DNA from: Octopus vulgaris
Lineage: Eukaryota
Direction of reading: 5' to 3'
Assembly (NCBI GenBank): GCA_951406725.2
Contig: OX597822.1
Coordinates: 94,550,001-94,614,000, forward strand
Length of the DNA stretch: 64,000 bases
In this document: positions 40,421-51,316 of the stretch, piece after piece
Position numbering within the stretch: the stretch's first letter is position 1
Layout of the letters: every line of letters begins with the position of its first letter
Notes under the pieces: generated by a model
Told to the model about the DNA's origin: nothing
Database searches by the model: none
Seen by the model: only the letters and a program-made list of their open reading frames with translations
Translations under genes and position numbers: made by a program

Positions 40421-40760
40421 TTTGCAGATGTGGAAGAGGTGACGAAAAAAATGATAATTTGTTTATAGTGATCAAATGTTTGTCTTCACATAAGCTCACT
40501 GTACATTACCTGTACAGGTGCACTATGTGCCACATGACAAAATAATGAAGCAACGTGAAATGAAATGCTTTGCCTGGTCTGGGAATCGAACCCACGATCT
40601 CGCAATTGTGAGTGCAACACCCTAACCACTAAGCCATGTGCCTTCATGCACATGCACACACAGCTCTATATCTAACAACCGATGCTGGCAGTTGTAATTA
40701 TGTACATTATTTACATTATTTACATTTGACAGGTATTTGTTCTCATCTTATTTGTTGTTA

Positions 40761-40801
40761 ACACGTTTCGGCTGATATACCCTCCAGCCTTCATCAGGTG
40801 T
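40761..40801 (-). ncRNA. Penelope-associated hammerhead motif, probably damaged
   Basis: acac-CTGATGA-a-GGCTG-gagggtatat-CAGCC-GAAAC-gtgt; perfect core and stem II, but the NUH segment appears to be missing. Confidence 0.65.
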
Positions 40802-40917
40802 ATTGGGTGAAATTTCGAACATGGGTTCTCATTCCTAAGGTATTTTTCAATGCTATTATTATTATTATTATTATTAATTATTAATTATTATTAATTATTA
40901 TTATTATTATTATTCAG

Positions 40918-40989
40918 GTCACTGCCTGGAATCAAACTCGGTATCTTGGGGTTAGTAGCCCGCACTCTTAACCACTATGCCATATGCCC
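40918..40989 (-). mobile_element. tRNA-like module followed by (AAT)n inside the Penelope-like 3' region
   Basis: gggcatatggcatagtggttaagagtgcgggctactaacccc...gagtttgattcc; A and B boxes plus an anticodon-like hairpin. Confidence 0.65.
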
Positions 40990-42316
40990 ATGGGCAATTA
41001 TGGAGTGAATCTGGGGCTTATAAATTTAATATTTTCCTATCCTTCCTTAACACCGGTTCCCATATGCTGTTCATATCTGCACTCAGTCTGCTTAGGAGGT
41101 TGTTGTGTCTCAGTATGTGTTGCTTCTTTTAGTTTTCAGATTTTCCAGTGGTGTTCTCTGTCTATTATTTTAACTTCATCCCACAGAGGGTGGTGGTCTC
41201 CATTTTGCCATATATTATCAGCTATACCCGATTTATCAATATCTCCTCCTGTCCTAGCTTTGTGATGTTCGTCTACCCTTATGAGGGGGCAACATGTTTT
41301 GCCTTTGTATAACCTACCACAGCTGCATGGGAGGGAGCACACACAGTCTTTGGTCATATTTTCTTCTATTCTTGGTTTTACTCGAAGGAGATATTTGCAA
41401 AGTGTTGTATTACTCTTGAATATTGTCCTGATGACATATGGGCTGTATATCTTTTGTGTCTTTTTGGAGAGGCCTTTCACATAGGGGAGACAAATTATGG
41501 ACAGTTTATTGGTTTCATCCTCTCTTTTCTTCATAATTAGAGTGGATAGTACGTTTTTGGGGGTAGTTGTTGCTTAATAGATTGTTATTGAGCTTGATCA
41601 TTTGTTCGTAGTGTGTATCACGATCACTACTTATATTCTTAGCTTGCTGTTTTAGGCACATAGCAATCCCTCTCTTTACACTGTATGGATGGTGGGAATT
41701 GAAGTTGAGCTATTGTCCAGTGAAGGTCAGCTTGCGATATACAGATGTCCTGAATCCATACTTGGTGAGTGTTATTAATATGTCCAGATATAGTGTTATT
41801 AATGTGTCCCGGTATAGTGAGCTGTAGAGGTTCAGCATGTCATCCACTAAGACGCCTTCTTGTGAACATAATCAGTCCATTAGCAGGAAAGTCAACACTG
41901 TATGTGAAGAATTCCACCCACTTCACAGAATTGATCAAGCTGTCCAAAATGGGAGGATCTACATAGACACACATTTCTTTGACCGTATCTTTCTGAAGGT
42001 AGGCCTTTGTGCCAGAAATATAGAGTTTTTAGAAAAGTTTTCTGCATTTCATTTATTATTTTACTCCTGTAGTACAATGCGTCAAGTGAATTGCAATGAT
42101 CTTAAAGTAACATATACTTAAGTACAGTACTGCCCTCAGTTATGTGAAGACATGGTACAACTAGGAGAAAAAAGACCCCAGATATATGGGTCACATTTAG
42201 TAATTTTGTCGATTACCTGCATTTTGTAGCATTGATCAGTCCAAGCTGACCAGAGGCTACACAACAACAAGTACAACAACAACAGAAAGAACAAGCTAGT
42301 AGCATTCATATAAACC

Positions 42317-42356
<40 letters not shown>

Positions 42357-42776
42357 AAAACTCTCCTGATATTTAAAACCTTTTCTATAGAAGCCATTCT
42401 CTAGAGAAACATTTAGAAAATGTCAACCATTTAATACTTAAGTATCCTGTCAATAAAAATGTTTTTATCCACTGAGCTAGAATGGTGGACCACTTTATCT
42501 GGGTTTCTTCTTTCAAATGTAATGTATGCAAAATGTCTAAATGTCTGAGATGAGTTGTTGTTCATGAGATTATTATTTTTTGAACTATTAACCTCATCTT
42601 TAGAGAGGAAACATTTTGTAATATTCATATAGGACCAAACATGATTGTGTGGGTAAGAAGTATTTTTTTCAGTCACCTGGTTTCAAGTTCAGTTCTACCA
42701 TGTAGCACCTTAACTAAGTTATCTTCTATTCCAGCCTCAGGCCAACTAAAGCTTTCTGTGTGAATTTAGGAGATGG

Positions 42777-43068
42777 GAACACCCGTGGACATATTTACAA
42801 AGTCAGAAAACAGCACAGTTCCCATGACTTTAGGAAACATTTTTTCACGCTGAGAGTTCCTGAAGCATGGAACAAACTGTCGGAGCACTGCATCCTTCAA
42901 AATTTCCATGCTTTCTGAGATTCACCAACACTACACCTGATTTTCTTCCCTCCATACACACACAAGCTTGTATCTGATTCATACATTGTTCGCTTTCCAG
43001 ACTTTATACGCACTTTCTGACAAGTTGTGGTGCACCTGAGCACTGTATACAATAATTTCATTATTATA
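42777..43068 (+). mobile_element. CR1/L2-like LINE 3' end, same family as 39271-40250
   Basis: aacacccgtggacatatttacaaagtcagaaaacagcacag...aataatttcattatta. Confidence 0.85.
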
Positions 43069-44141
43069 AGTTCATCATATATATGTGCATAGCAAAGTAT
43101 ATATGCATATATGTATGTATGATTTTTCATTGAGTTTTATTTAAGTTCTTCTTAAAAGTATTCAAACTGGCCACTAACAAAGTGATGAGATTTGAATTAA
43201 GAGAGTTCCCAGTGTTTGTAAATATGTGGTCAAGTTGGTGTGTGTGTGTGTGTTGACATCTTGTGTAATCGTAAACAAGTACCACCATCAAACAAGTGGT
43301 GTCTTTCATTTCCAGTCTTCCATAAAAACATGTCTGGTTATTGGAAAAACATTACCTTACTTAGAAACAGATGAGGGTTTGCAACAGGAAAGGCATCCAG
43401 CTGTAGAAAATTTGCCTCACATGGAAGTGTGGATGTTAAAATGATGTTATGTATGCATGTTAAATTTAAGTTCTTCTTGAGAGAGTTCAAGCCAGTTTTT
43501 ATCAAAGTGATCCAACTTTTTGAATTAAGAGAGTTCCCATGGTGAGTTGGTTGAACTGTCAATGCATACACCCATGTGTATGTAAGTAAGTATGTATGTA
43601 TGTATGTATGTATGTATGTATGTATGTATGTATGTATGTATGTATGTATGTATGTATGGATTTGTGTGTGTTTATGTATGTAAGTGTATATGTATGTATT
43701 TGTCTAGCTCATTGATAGAGTTGATAGAGCATTGTTGAGAATGCTTTGCAGGATTTGTTCCAAGTCTTTGCTCTCTGAGTTCAAATCCTACCACAGCTTA
43801 CTTGGGTGGTAGACATAGTCACCCATCTTATGTGTTCACATTGGCAGAGTCCCTTCTGTTGATAGCATTTGGTCTGTATCTTCTTCGTTCTAGAGTGTGT
43901 GCCATCTAGAGTGGCCCTTCTGTTTGCAGCCCCCAGACCCCAACAAGAACACATATTGCCTACAGCAAACCCAAAATGCCACCCCTTTAAAAGTGCTGCC
44001 CAGAGTGGACTGTCCCTATTGCTCCCACCTAGTTACGCTAGTGCTCCCACTCACCCATCAACTTTGGAGGCCCTGCAAAGGGTCAAATGTCTTACTTTCC
44101 CCTCTTCACTTAAAAAATAGATAAATAAATGAATAAATATA

Positions 44142-44527
44142 GGTGCAGGAGTGGCTGTGAGGTAAGTAGCTTGTTTACCAACCACATGGTTCTGGGTTCA
44201 GTCCCACTGCGTAGCACCTTGGGCAAGTATCTTCCACTATAGCCTCGGGCCGACCAAAGCCTTGTGAGTGGATTTGGTAGATGGAAACTGAAAGAAGCCC
44301 ATCGTATATATGTATATATATATATGTGTGTTTGTGTGTGTCTGTGTTTGTCCCCCTAGCATTGCTTGACAACCGATGCTGGTGTGTTTATGTCCCTGTT
44401 ACTTAGCGGTTCAGCAAAAGAGACCGATAGAATAAGTACTGGACTTACAAAAGAATAAGTCCTGAGGTCGAGTTGCTCGATTAAAGGCGGTGCTCCAGCA
44501 TGGCCACAAGTAAAAGAGTAAAAGAGC
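44142..44527 (+). mobile_element. Young SINE family A
   Basis: Near-identical to the other copies. Confidence 0.92.
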
Positions 44528-45201
44528 AAATAAACAAGCTGTATCACTCAAATTTTAATGGGACTGCTTTATGCCTTGAGTACAATGTTTTAGCACTGGC
44601 AACATATAAACCACTGATCCTCCTCATGGCTGCAAAATCTCCATAGATAATGGCTCCAAACTAATTGAATATTGAGTAAATTATTCATGGATTGCACTTT
44701 CATTAAAATTTATTAGTGTTTGATACTTTATTGAAGTTTATCATCAAGATCAATTTACAGCTTAGAGGCCTTAGTAGCCTACGTAGTTGAAACTTAAATG
44801 TTTTAATTTTGGATAAAGCACAAAATCATTAAATAACATCAAGCCAATAAGGGCACCTTTATAAGGTCGTTAGGCCTGCAAGAAATAGCAGTTAAATCTT
44901 GTCTTTTTAAGTCACATCATATCAATACTTTAACCTCTCAACACCTGGCATAAAGCCACCTCCCTCAATACTACATATCCACTTGGTTGAGGGGTCTCAT
45001 CTTGTAAATTGCCCCAGCATGACCACAGTCAAATGAGTGAAACAAGTAAAATATAATGGTAATGTTAATGGTAGTGACCACACAAGTGTCAATGCCATAA
45101 AAAAGCACCTAAAACACTCTGTGAAGTGATTGGCATTAGAAAGGGCATCCAGCCACAGAAACCATGCCAAAGTAGTTCAATGCAGCCCTCCAGCTTGTCA
45201 A

Positions 45202-45360
45202 GGAAGTTTGTATGGTATTTGTGTATGAGCTGGCAGAAACGTTAGCACGCCGGGCGAAATGCTTTGTGGTATTTCGTCTACCGATACGTTCTGAGTTCAA
45301 ATTCCGCCGAGGTCGACTTTGCCTTTCATCCTTACGGGGTCGATAAAATAAGTACCTGAT
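45202..45360 (+). other. Inverted copy of locus 53127-53281 (SINE B head plus its unique flank), with an 8-bp TSD
   Basis: cttgtcaa at 45194-45201 and 45361-45368; begins with ggaagtttgtatggtatttgtgtat, the reverse complement of 53257-53281. Confidence 0.8.
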
Positions 45361-46095
45361 CTTGTCAATCTGTGCAACCCATGCCAGCATGGAAATCAGG
45401 CATTAGTTTCAAATTTTGGCACAAGGCAGGGATTTAAGGGGAGGGGCTAAGTCAAAAAGATTGACCCCCCCCACCCCAGTGTTCAACTTGTCTCATTTTA
45501 TCGACCCTGAAAGGATGAAAAATAAAGTTGACCTCTGTGGAATTTGAACTTTGACCATAAAGATGTATGAAAGGCTGCTATGCATTTTATTCTTTTATTA
45601 TTTTATTTGTTTCAGCCATGCTGGAGCACTGCCTTTAGTCGAACAAATCGACCCTGCGACTTTTTCTTTGTAAGACTGGTACTTATTCTATCAGTCTCTT
45701 TTGCTGAACTGCTAAGTTACGGAGATGTAAACACACTAATGTTGGTTGTCAAGCGATGGCGGAGGGATAAACACAGACACAAATACATACATACATACAT
45801 ATATATATCATCATCATCATCATCGTCGTTTAACGTCCGTTCTCCATGCTAGCATGGGTTGGACGGTTCGACCGGGGTTCTGGGAAGCCAGAAGGCTGCA
45901 CCAGGCTCCAGTCTAAATTTGGCAATGTTTCTACAGCTGGATGCCCTTCCTAACGCCAACCACTCCGTGAGTGTAGTGGGTGCTTTTTACGTGCCACCTG
46001 CACAGGTGCCAGGCGGGGCTGGCAACGGCCACGGTCAGATTGATGTATTTTATGTGCCACCGGCACGGAAGCCAGTCGAGGCGGTGCTGGCATCA

Positions 46096-46547
46096 GCCAC
46101 GAGTCGGATAGTGCTTTTTACGTACCACCAGACCAGGGATCCTGGCTGGTTCAATTCGATTTCGATTTCGCTTGCCCCAACATGTCTTCACAAGCAAAGG
46201 GGGTTGGCAAGGGTGCCTGTCGTACGGTCGCATTGGAGTATTTTACGTGCCACGGCCACGAGTCGGATAGTGCTTTTTACGTACCATCAGACCAGGGATC
46301 CTGGCTGGTTCAATTCGATTTCGATTTCGCTTGCCCCAACATGTCTTCACAAGCAAAGGGGGTTGGCATGGGTGCCTGTCGTACGGTCGCATTGGAGTAT
46401 TTTACGTGCCACGGCCACGAGTCGAATAGTGCTTTTTACGTACCACCAGGCCAGGGATCCTGGCTGGTTCAATTCGGTTTCGATTTCGATTTCGCTTGCC
46501 CCAACATGTCTTCGCAAGCATGGGGGGTTGGCATGGGTGTCTGTCGT
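46096..46547. repeat. 159-bp tandem repeat (~3 copies) in the RTE 3' UTR
   Basis: gccacgagtcg recurs at 46096, 46255 and 46414. Confidence 0.92.
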
Positions 46548-46630
46548 CGGATGAGGTTCTATATCGACTTCGCTTGCCTCAACCGGTCTTTGTGTCCAAG
46601 GGAGGAAAGGCATTCATAAGTGGGCTGGGC

Positions 46631-49600
46631 TCACTTGTCCTGCCTGGTCTTCTCACGTACAGAATATTTCCAAAGGTCTCGGTCTCTGGTCATTTCCTCA
46701 GTGAGGCCTAAAGTTCGAAGGTCGTGCTTCACCACCTCGTCCCAGGTTTTCCTGGGTCTACCTCTTCCACGGGTTCCCTCAACTGCTAGGGATTGGCACT
46801 TTCTCACACACCTATCTTCATCCATTCTCGCCACATGACCATACCAGCGCAATCGTCTCTCTTGCACACCACAACTGATGCTTCTTAGGTACAACATTTC
46901 TCTCAAGGTGCTAACGCTCTGTCGAGTATGTACACTGACATTACACATCCATCGGAGCATACTGGCTTCATTCCTCACGAGCTTACGCATGTCCTCAGCA
47001 GTCACGGCCCATGTTTCGCTGCCATGTAGCATGGCTGTTCGTACACACGCATCATACAGTCTGCCTTTTACTCTGAGCGAGAGGCCTTTAGTCACCAGCA
47101 GAGGTAAGAGCTCCCTAAACTTTGCCCAGGCTATTCTTATTCTAGCAGTTACACTTTCAGCGCACCCACCCCCACTACTGACTTGGTCACCTAGATAACG
47201 GAAGCTATCAACTACTTCTAGTTTTTCCCCCTGGAAAGTGACGGAAGTTGTTTTCTGCAGATTTTCGGAGGTTAATGCTCCCGAGCATCTGCCACATACA
47301 AAAACTATCTTCCCAGTTAGCCTACCTTTGACATTGCTGCACCTCTTATGTGTCCATAGCTTACACTGGGTACATCTTATAGAGTTTCTACCTACACCTT
47401 TTCTACAGATCGAGCAGGGCCATCTTCCTGAAGATATTTGTGGATTGTCTACCTTTCTACTTATTAGTACTTTGGTTTTAGCTAGGTTGACTCTAAGGCC
47501 CCTTGATTCTAAACCCTCCTTCCACACCTGGAACTTCTCCTCCAGTTCTGATAGTGACTCAGCAATAAGAGCAAGGTCGTCAGCGTAGAGGAGCTCCCAG
47601 GGACAGCCTGTCTTGAATTCCTCCGTAATTGCCTGGAGTACTATGATAAATAGGAGGGGGCTGAGTACTGAACCCTGGTGGACCCCAACCTCTACTTTGA
47701 ATTCTTCTGTGTACATGTTGCCAACCCTAACCTTACTTACGGCATCTCTGTACATGGCTTGCACAGTCCTCACCAGCCATTCATCTATCCCTAGTTTCCT
47801 CATTGACCACCAGATAAGGGATTGGGGGACCCTATCAAAAGCTTTCTCCATGTCAACGAAAGCCAGGTACAGGGGCTTATCTTTGGCTAGGTATTTCTCC
47901 TGCAGCTGCCTTACCAGGAATATAGCATCAGTGGTACTTTTCCCTGGCACGAACCCAAACTGCATCTCATCTAAACTAACTCTCTCTCTAATTAGTTGGG
48001 CTATGACCCTCTCCGTAACCTTCATTACTTGATCCAACAGCTTGATACCTCTGTAATTATTTGTATCTAGGGCATCACCTTTACCTTTGTAGCAGTTGAC
48101 TAGTATGCTGCTGCACCAGTCATTGGGTATGACTCCTTCGTGTATCACCTGGTTGACTATACGGGTGACTAGGTTATAGCCGACACTGCCAGATATTTTG
48201 AGCATCTCTGCAGTAATTCCTGATGGGCCTGGGGCTTTCCCTGTCTTCATGCTTCTAATTGCCTTAGCTACCACGGAACTATCAACTCGGATAGCTGGTC
48301 CCTCTGTAGGGTCAACATTTGGCAGACTCTCTTTATCCCATTCATTTTCCTCATTCAGTAACCTTTCATAGTGGCGTCTCCAAGCTTCTCTCTTTGCATC
48401 CTCATTTAGCGCAAGTGAACCATCCTCCATGCGAACACATTTCTCTCCTACCACATCACGATTCTCTCTCACACACTGTCTTGCAACACGAAATACCTCA
48501 AGTCTTTCATCCTCACGGCGCAGGACATTGGCAAATTTTCTCTTATCTGCTTCCCCTCTGGCTAGATAGACCTGTCTCCTAGCTTCCCTTCTGGCAGTCT
48601 GATACCCTTCCCTGCTACCACCGTTCTTCCAGGCCTTCCAAGCCTGTTTCTTTTGTCTAATAGCCCTGTCAACAATATTGTTCCACCACCACGTTATTTT
48701 GGGTCTTAAGGGGACTTTGCACCAGCCACAGATCTGGTCAGCGGCTTTCAGCAGGTTGTCCCTCAGAAACGTCCAGTTGTCTTCTACCCCATGTGTAGCT
48801 ATACCCCCTTCCACTTCGTCGAAGGCTTCAAGTAACATATCTCTAAATCTCTGTCCATTCGCAGGGGCTTTAAGCTTCCAGACCCTTCTTCTCCATGTTG
48901 GTCGTCTTCTAGTCGCCCTCTTAGTCCTGATCCTAAAGTCACTAACTACCAGTCTATGTTGTGGGGTACATTCTTCGCCTGGGAAGGTTTTGGCATTTTT
49001 AAGCAGCCATCTTTCCCTTTTTCTGGCAAGGATGTAGTCGATTTGGCTAGTATGCCGGCCCGATCGGTAGGTGACCAGGTGGCTTGTTGGTTTCCTGAAG
49101 TTAGTGTTGCAGACCATAAGACTATTCGCATCGCAGAACTCCAGCAGCCTGGTTCCCTCCTCGTTGCGGGAACCATAACCGTAGCCTCCATGTACGCCAT
49201 GGAAGCCCCCAGCATGTCGTCCAACATGCCCATTGAAATCACCAGCCACAAAGAGAAGGTCCCTGTCGTTCGTCGATGAGGTGGTCTGCAGTAGGGTGTC
49301 ATAGAAACTGTCTTTCTGTCCATCGGGTAGCCCTGGCTGAGGGGCATAGGCCGATATAATGGTTGCTAATCTATTATGAAGTACTATTCTAATCTTAAGT
49401 ATTCTGTCACTTACTCTGATTACCTCAACTACTCTATCTATCCATTTCTCAGCGATAAGTATACCCACGCCACCAACCCCGTCAGTGTTCCCTGCCCAGA
49501 AAATCTTGTACCTGTGTTCCTTGCCTGTGAGGACCCTGGCAGATCCTCCTCTCCACCTTATTTCTTGCATACAACATACATCAACACGTCTCCGTTCAAG

Positions 49601-49744
49601 CATCTCGACTATCTCGCCAGACCTACCTTTCAATGTGCCAACGTTGAGGGTGCCCACCCTGAGGGTGTGGGCCTCTGAGACCCTGGGATGAGGGGCCGCA
49701 GTGTTATGTACCTGAAAAGAAAGCTTGCATTTGCCAGATATCAT
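46631..49744 (-). CDS. RTE LINE polyprotein (1037 aa): APE endonuclease, reverse transcriptase and an internal PHD-type zinc finger
   Basis: GTLNV, QEIRW, SAYAP, AGDFNGHVG, IDYIL (APE); KAPGPSG, NYRGIKLL, QFGF, FVDMEKAFD, GVHQGSVLSP, LLYADD, FRYLG (RT); RRLRWYGHVAR; no stop codons. Confidence 0.96.
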   Translation of the reverse strand: MISGKCKLSFQVHNTAAPHPRVSEAHTLRVGTLNVGTLKGRSGEIVEMLERRRVDVCCMQEIRWRGGSARVLTGKEHRYKIFWAGNTDGVGGVGILIAEKWIDRVVEVIRVSDRILKIRIVLHNRLATIISAYAPQPGLPDGQKDSFYDTLLQTTSSTNDRDLLFVAGDFNGHVGRHAGGFHGVHGGYGYGSRNEEGTRLLEFCDANSLMVCNTNFRKPTSHLVTYRSGRHTSQIDYILARKRERWLLKNAKTFPGEECTPQHRLVVSDFRIRTKRATRRRPTWRRRVWKLKAPANGQRFRDMLLEAFDEVEGGIATHGVEDNWTFLRDNLLKAADQICGWCKVPLRPKITWWWNNIVDRAIRQKKQAWKAWKNGGSREGYQTARREARRQVYLARGEADKRKFANVLRREDERLEVFRVARQCVRENRDVVGEKCVRMEDGSLALNEDAKREAWRRHYERLLNEENEWDKESLPNVDPTEGPAIRVDSSVVAKAIRSMKTGKAPGPSGITAEMLKISGSVGYNLVTRIVNQVIHEGVIPNDWCSSILVNCYKGKGDALDTNNYRGIKLLDQVMKVTERVIAQLIRERVSLDEMQFGFVPGKSTTDAIFLVRQLQEKYLAKDKPLYLAFVDMEKAFDRVPQSLIWWSMRKLGIDEWLVRTVQAMYRDAVSKVRVGNMYTEEFKVEVGVHQGSVLSPLLFIIVLQAITEEFKTGCPWELLYADDLALIAESLSELEEKFQVWKEGLESRGLRVNLAKTKVLISRKVDNPQISSGRWPCSICRKGVGRNSIRCTQCKLWTHKRCSNVKGRLTGKIVFVCGRCSGALTSENLQKTTSVTFQGEKLEVVDSFRYLGDQVSSGGGCAESVTARIRIAWAKFRELLPLLVTKGLSLRVKGRLYDACVRTAMLHGSETWAVTAEDMRKLVRNEASMLRWMCNVSVHTRQSVSTLREMLYLRSISCGVQERRLRWYGHVARMDEDRCVRKCQSLAVEGTRGRGRPRKTWDEVVKHDLRTLGLTEEMTRDRDLWKYSVREKTRQDK

Positions 49745-49900
49745 ACTGAGACTCTAGACTACAACCTGCATAAATTTCAAAGTTTTTGCGCTATATGATC
49801 ACAATAAACCCTACATAGGGGGTGAGGGGGGGTCAAGAAAGATAGAAAACAGAAACTTCCGGTTCTGGTGGATGGGTGGGAGGGCGGGGTCACCTCCAAG

Positions 49901-50600
49901 AAACAACAGGTTTTAAGTTAATACGTAGGGAATTTTCTGCGACAGAAATTACTGAACATCTAGAAACTTCGGGGTTCGATTAAAACATAATATAAATAGG
50001 AGAGAGAGGGAGAATATTGTAGTGAATTCTGGGGATGGAATAACAACGGGATGACACTGAAATTAAAGGAGGAATTTAAAATGCATGACAGACAGGAAGC
50101 CATGCATACAAGATGGCGAAATAAATAATAGAGAAACGGGATTTAGAGTTACGAATCAACGCTTAAAAAAATGAATATGAATGACAGGTTGTAAGTTAAA
50201 TTCGCTTAGCTGGTCATTTTTCGAGTCAGTGTTTTGTCAGCAAGATGTAGAATCGAGAAGAGGGACGAGATAACACTGCTTTATAAAGAGTTAGGGATTG
50301 GGGGGGGGTTATCAGGTGGAAGCATGAGGAAAGAGAGAGGGGGGAAGGAAGAGAGAGAGAGAGCTAAGGAACAGCAGGTTTAATTCGTAAGGAATTTTCT
50401 GCAACAGAAATTACTGAACATCTAGAAACTTCGGGGTTCGAGAAGAATGTAATATAAATAAGAGAGAGAGAAAATATTTCGTAGGGAATTTAGGGTATCT
50501 TTGGGGAAAGGAATAACGACGAAGGAACAACAGGTTTTAAGTTAATACGTAGGGAATTTTCTGCAACAGAAATTACTGAACATCTGGAAACTTCGGGGTT
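49901..50600 (-). repeat. Three ~75-bp monomers in the RTE 5' UTR
   Basis: ggaattttctgc(a/g)acagaaattactgaacatct(a/g)gaaacttcggggtt within ~49901-49979, ~50371-50440 and ~50526-50600. Confidence 0.85.
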
Positions 50601-51069
50601 ATATATGTATATACATATATATACATATATATGTATGACAGGCTTCTTTCAGTCTCCGTCTACCAAATCCACTCACACACATGTAAATATATATATATTT
50701 ACATATACATATACACTCAGATACTTACACTTATACATACATAATCATTCTTACACTCATACGTATACACTTATATACATACACACAAATACAGACACAC
50801 AAACATATACATACATACAAACATATATATATATATTAATAAGGATGAGATCGTTATTTAAAATACCGATCTCATCAGGTGGCTAGCATGGGAATAAAAA
50901 CCTCAAAGGTAATAATTAATTATTAAAATTATAACTAAGGGTATTTAAGAGATACTACCACGCTAGAAATAGCAGCCAAAACTTGACTCTGAAACTACAT
51001 TAAATGTTCATACAGCACCAGGAGAGAAGACAAAGAGACAAAATAAACAAGCAAAAAAATTACTGGATA

Positions 51070-51128
51070 ATTCCAGATCCCAGATTTCTGGCTCTGCATA
51101 AGAAATGCTTTTCCTTCATCAGTGGAAT
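51070..51128 (-). ncRNA. Putative type-I hammerhead ribozyme
   Basis: attcca-CTGATGA-aGG-aaaa-GCAT-ttctt-ATGC-agag-CCa-GAAA-TC-tgg-GA-TC-tggaat; 6-bp stem I, 3-bp stem III, AUC cleavage triplet. Confidence 0.72.
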
Positions 51129-51152
51129 ATACGCAGATAGTGCATAAATACA

Positions 51153-51195
<43 letters not shown>

Positions 51196-51263
51196 ACATA
51201 CGAATAGATTGCCAACAGAGGTAAAAGCTCTCTGAATTTTTTCCATCCTATTCTTATTGTGCA

Positions 51264-51316
<53 letters not shown>

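Larger units (their letters stand above)
40695..41810 (-). mobile_element. Decayed Penelope-like element (RT C-terminus, GIY-YIG endonuclease, 3' hammerhead)
   Basis: YLDILI...SVYRKLTFTGQ*LNFNSHHP; LPYVKGLS; CVCSLPCSCGRLYKGKT...RVDEH; HHPLWDEVKII. Confidence 0.85.
45808..50600 (-). mobile_element. Full-length RTE-clade non-LTR retrotransposon inserted in the microsatellite of a SINE A
   Basis: Intact ORF; (GAT)n tail at 45808; SINE A tail at 45585-45800 continues at 50601-50680. Confidence 0.93.

Noticed and set aside
45859-46554. 231-aa plus-strand ORF with repeats
   Set aside because: Antisense reading of the 159-bp tandem repeats in the RTE 3' UTR
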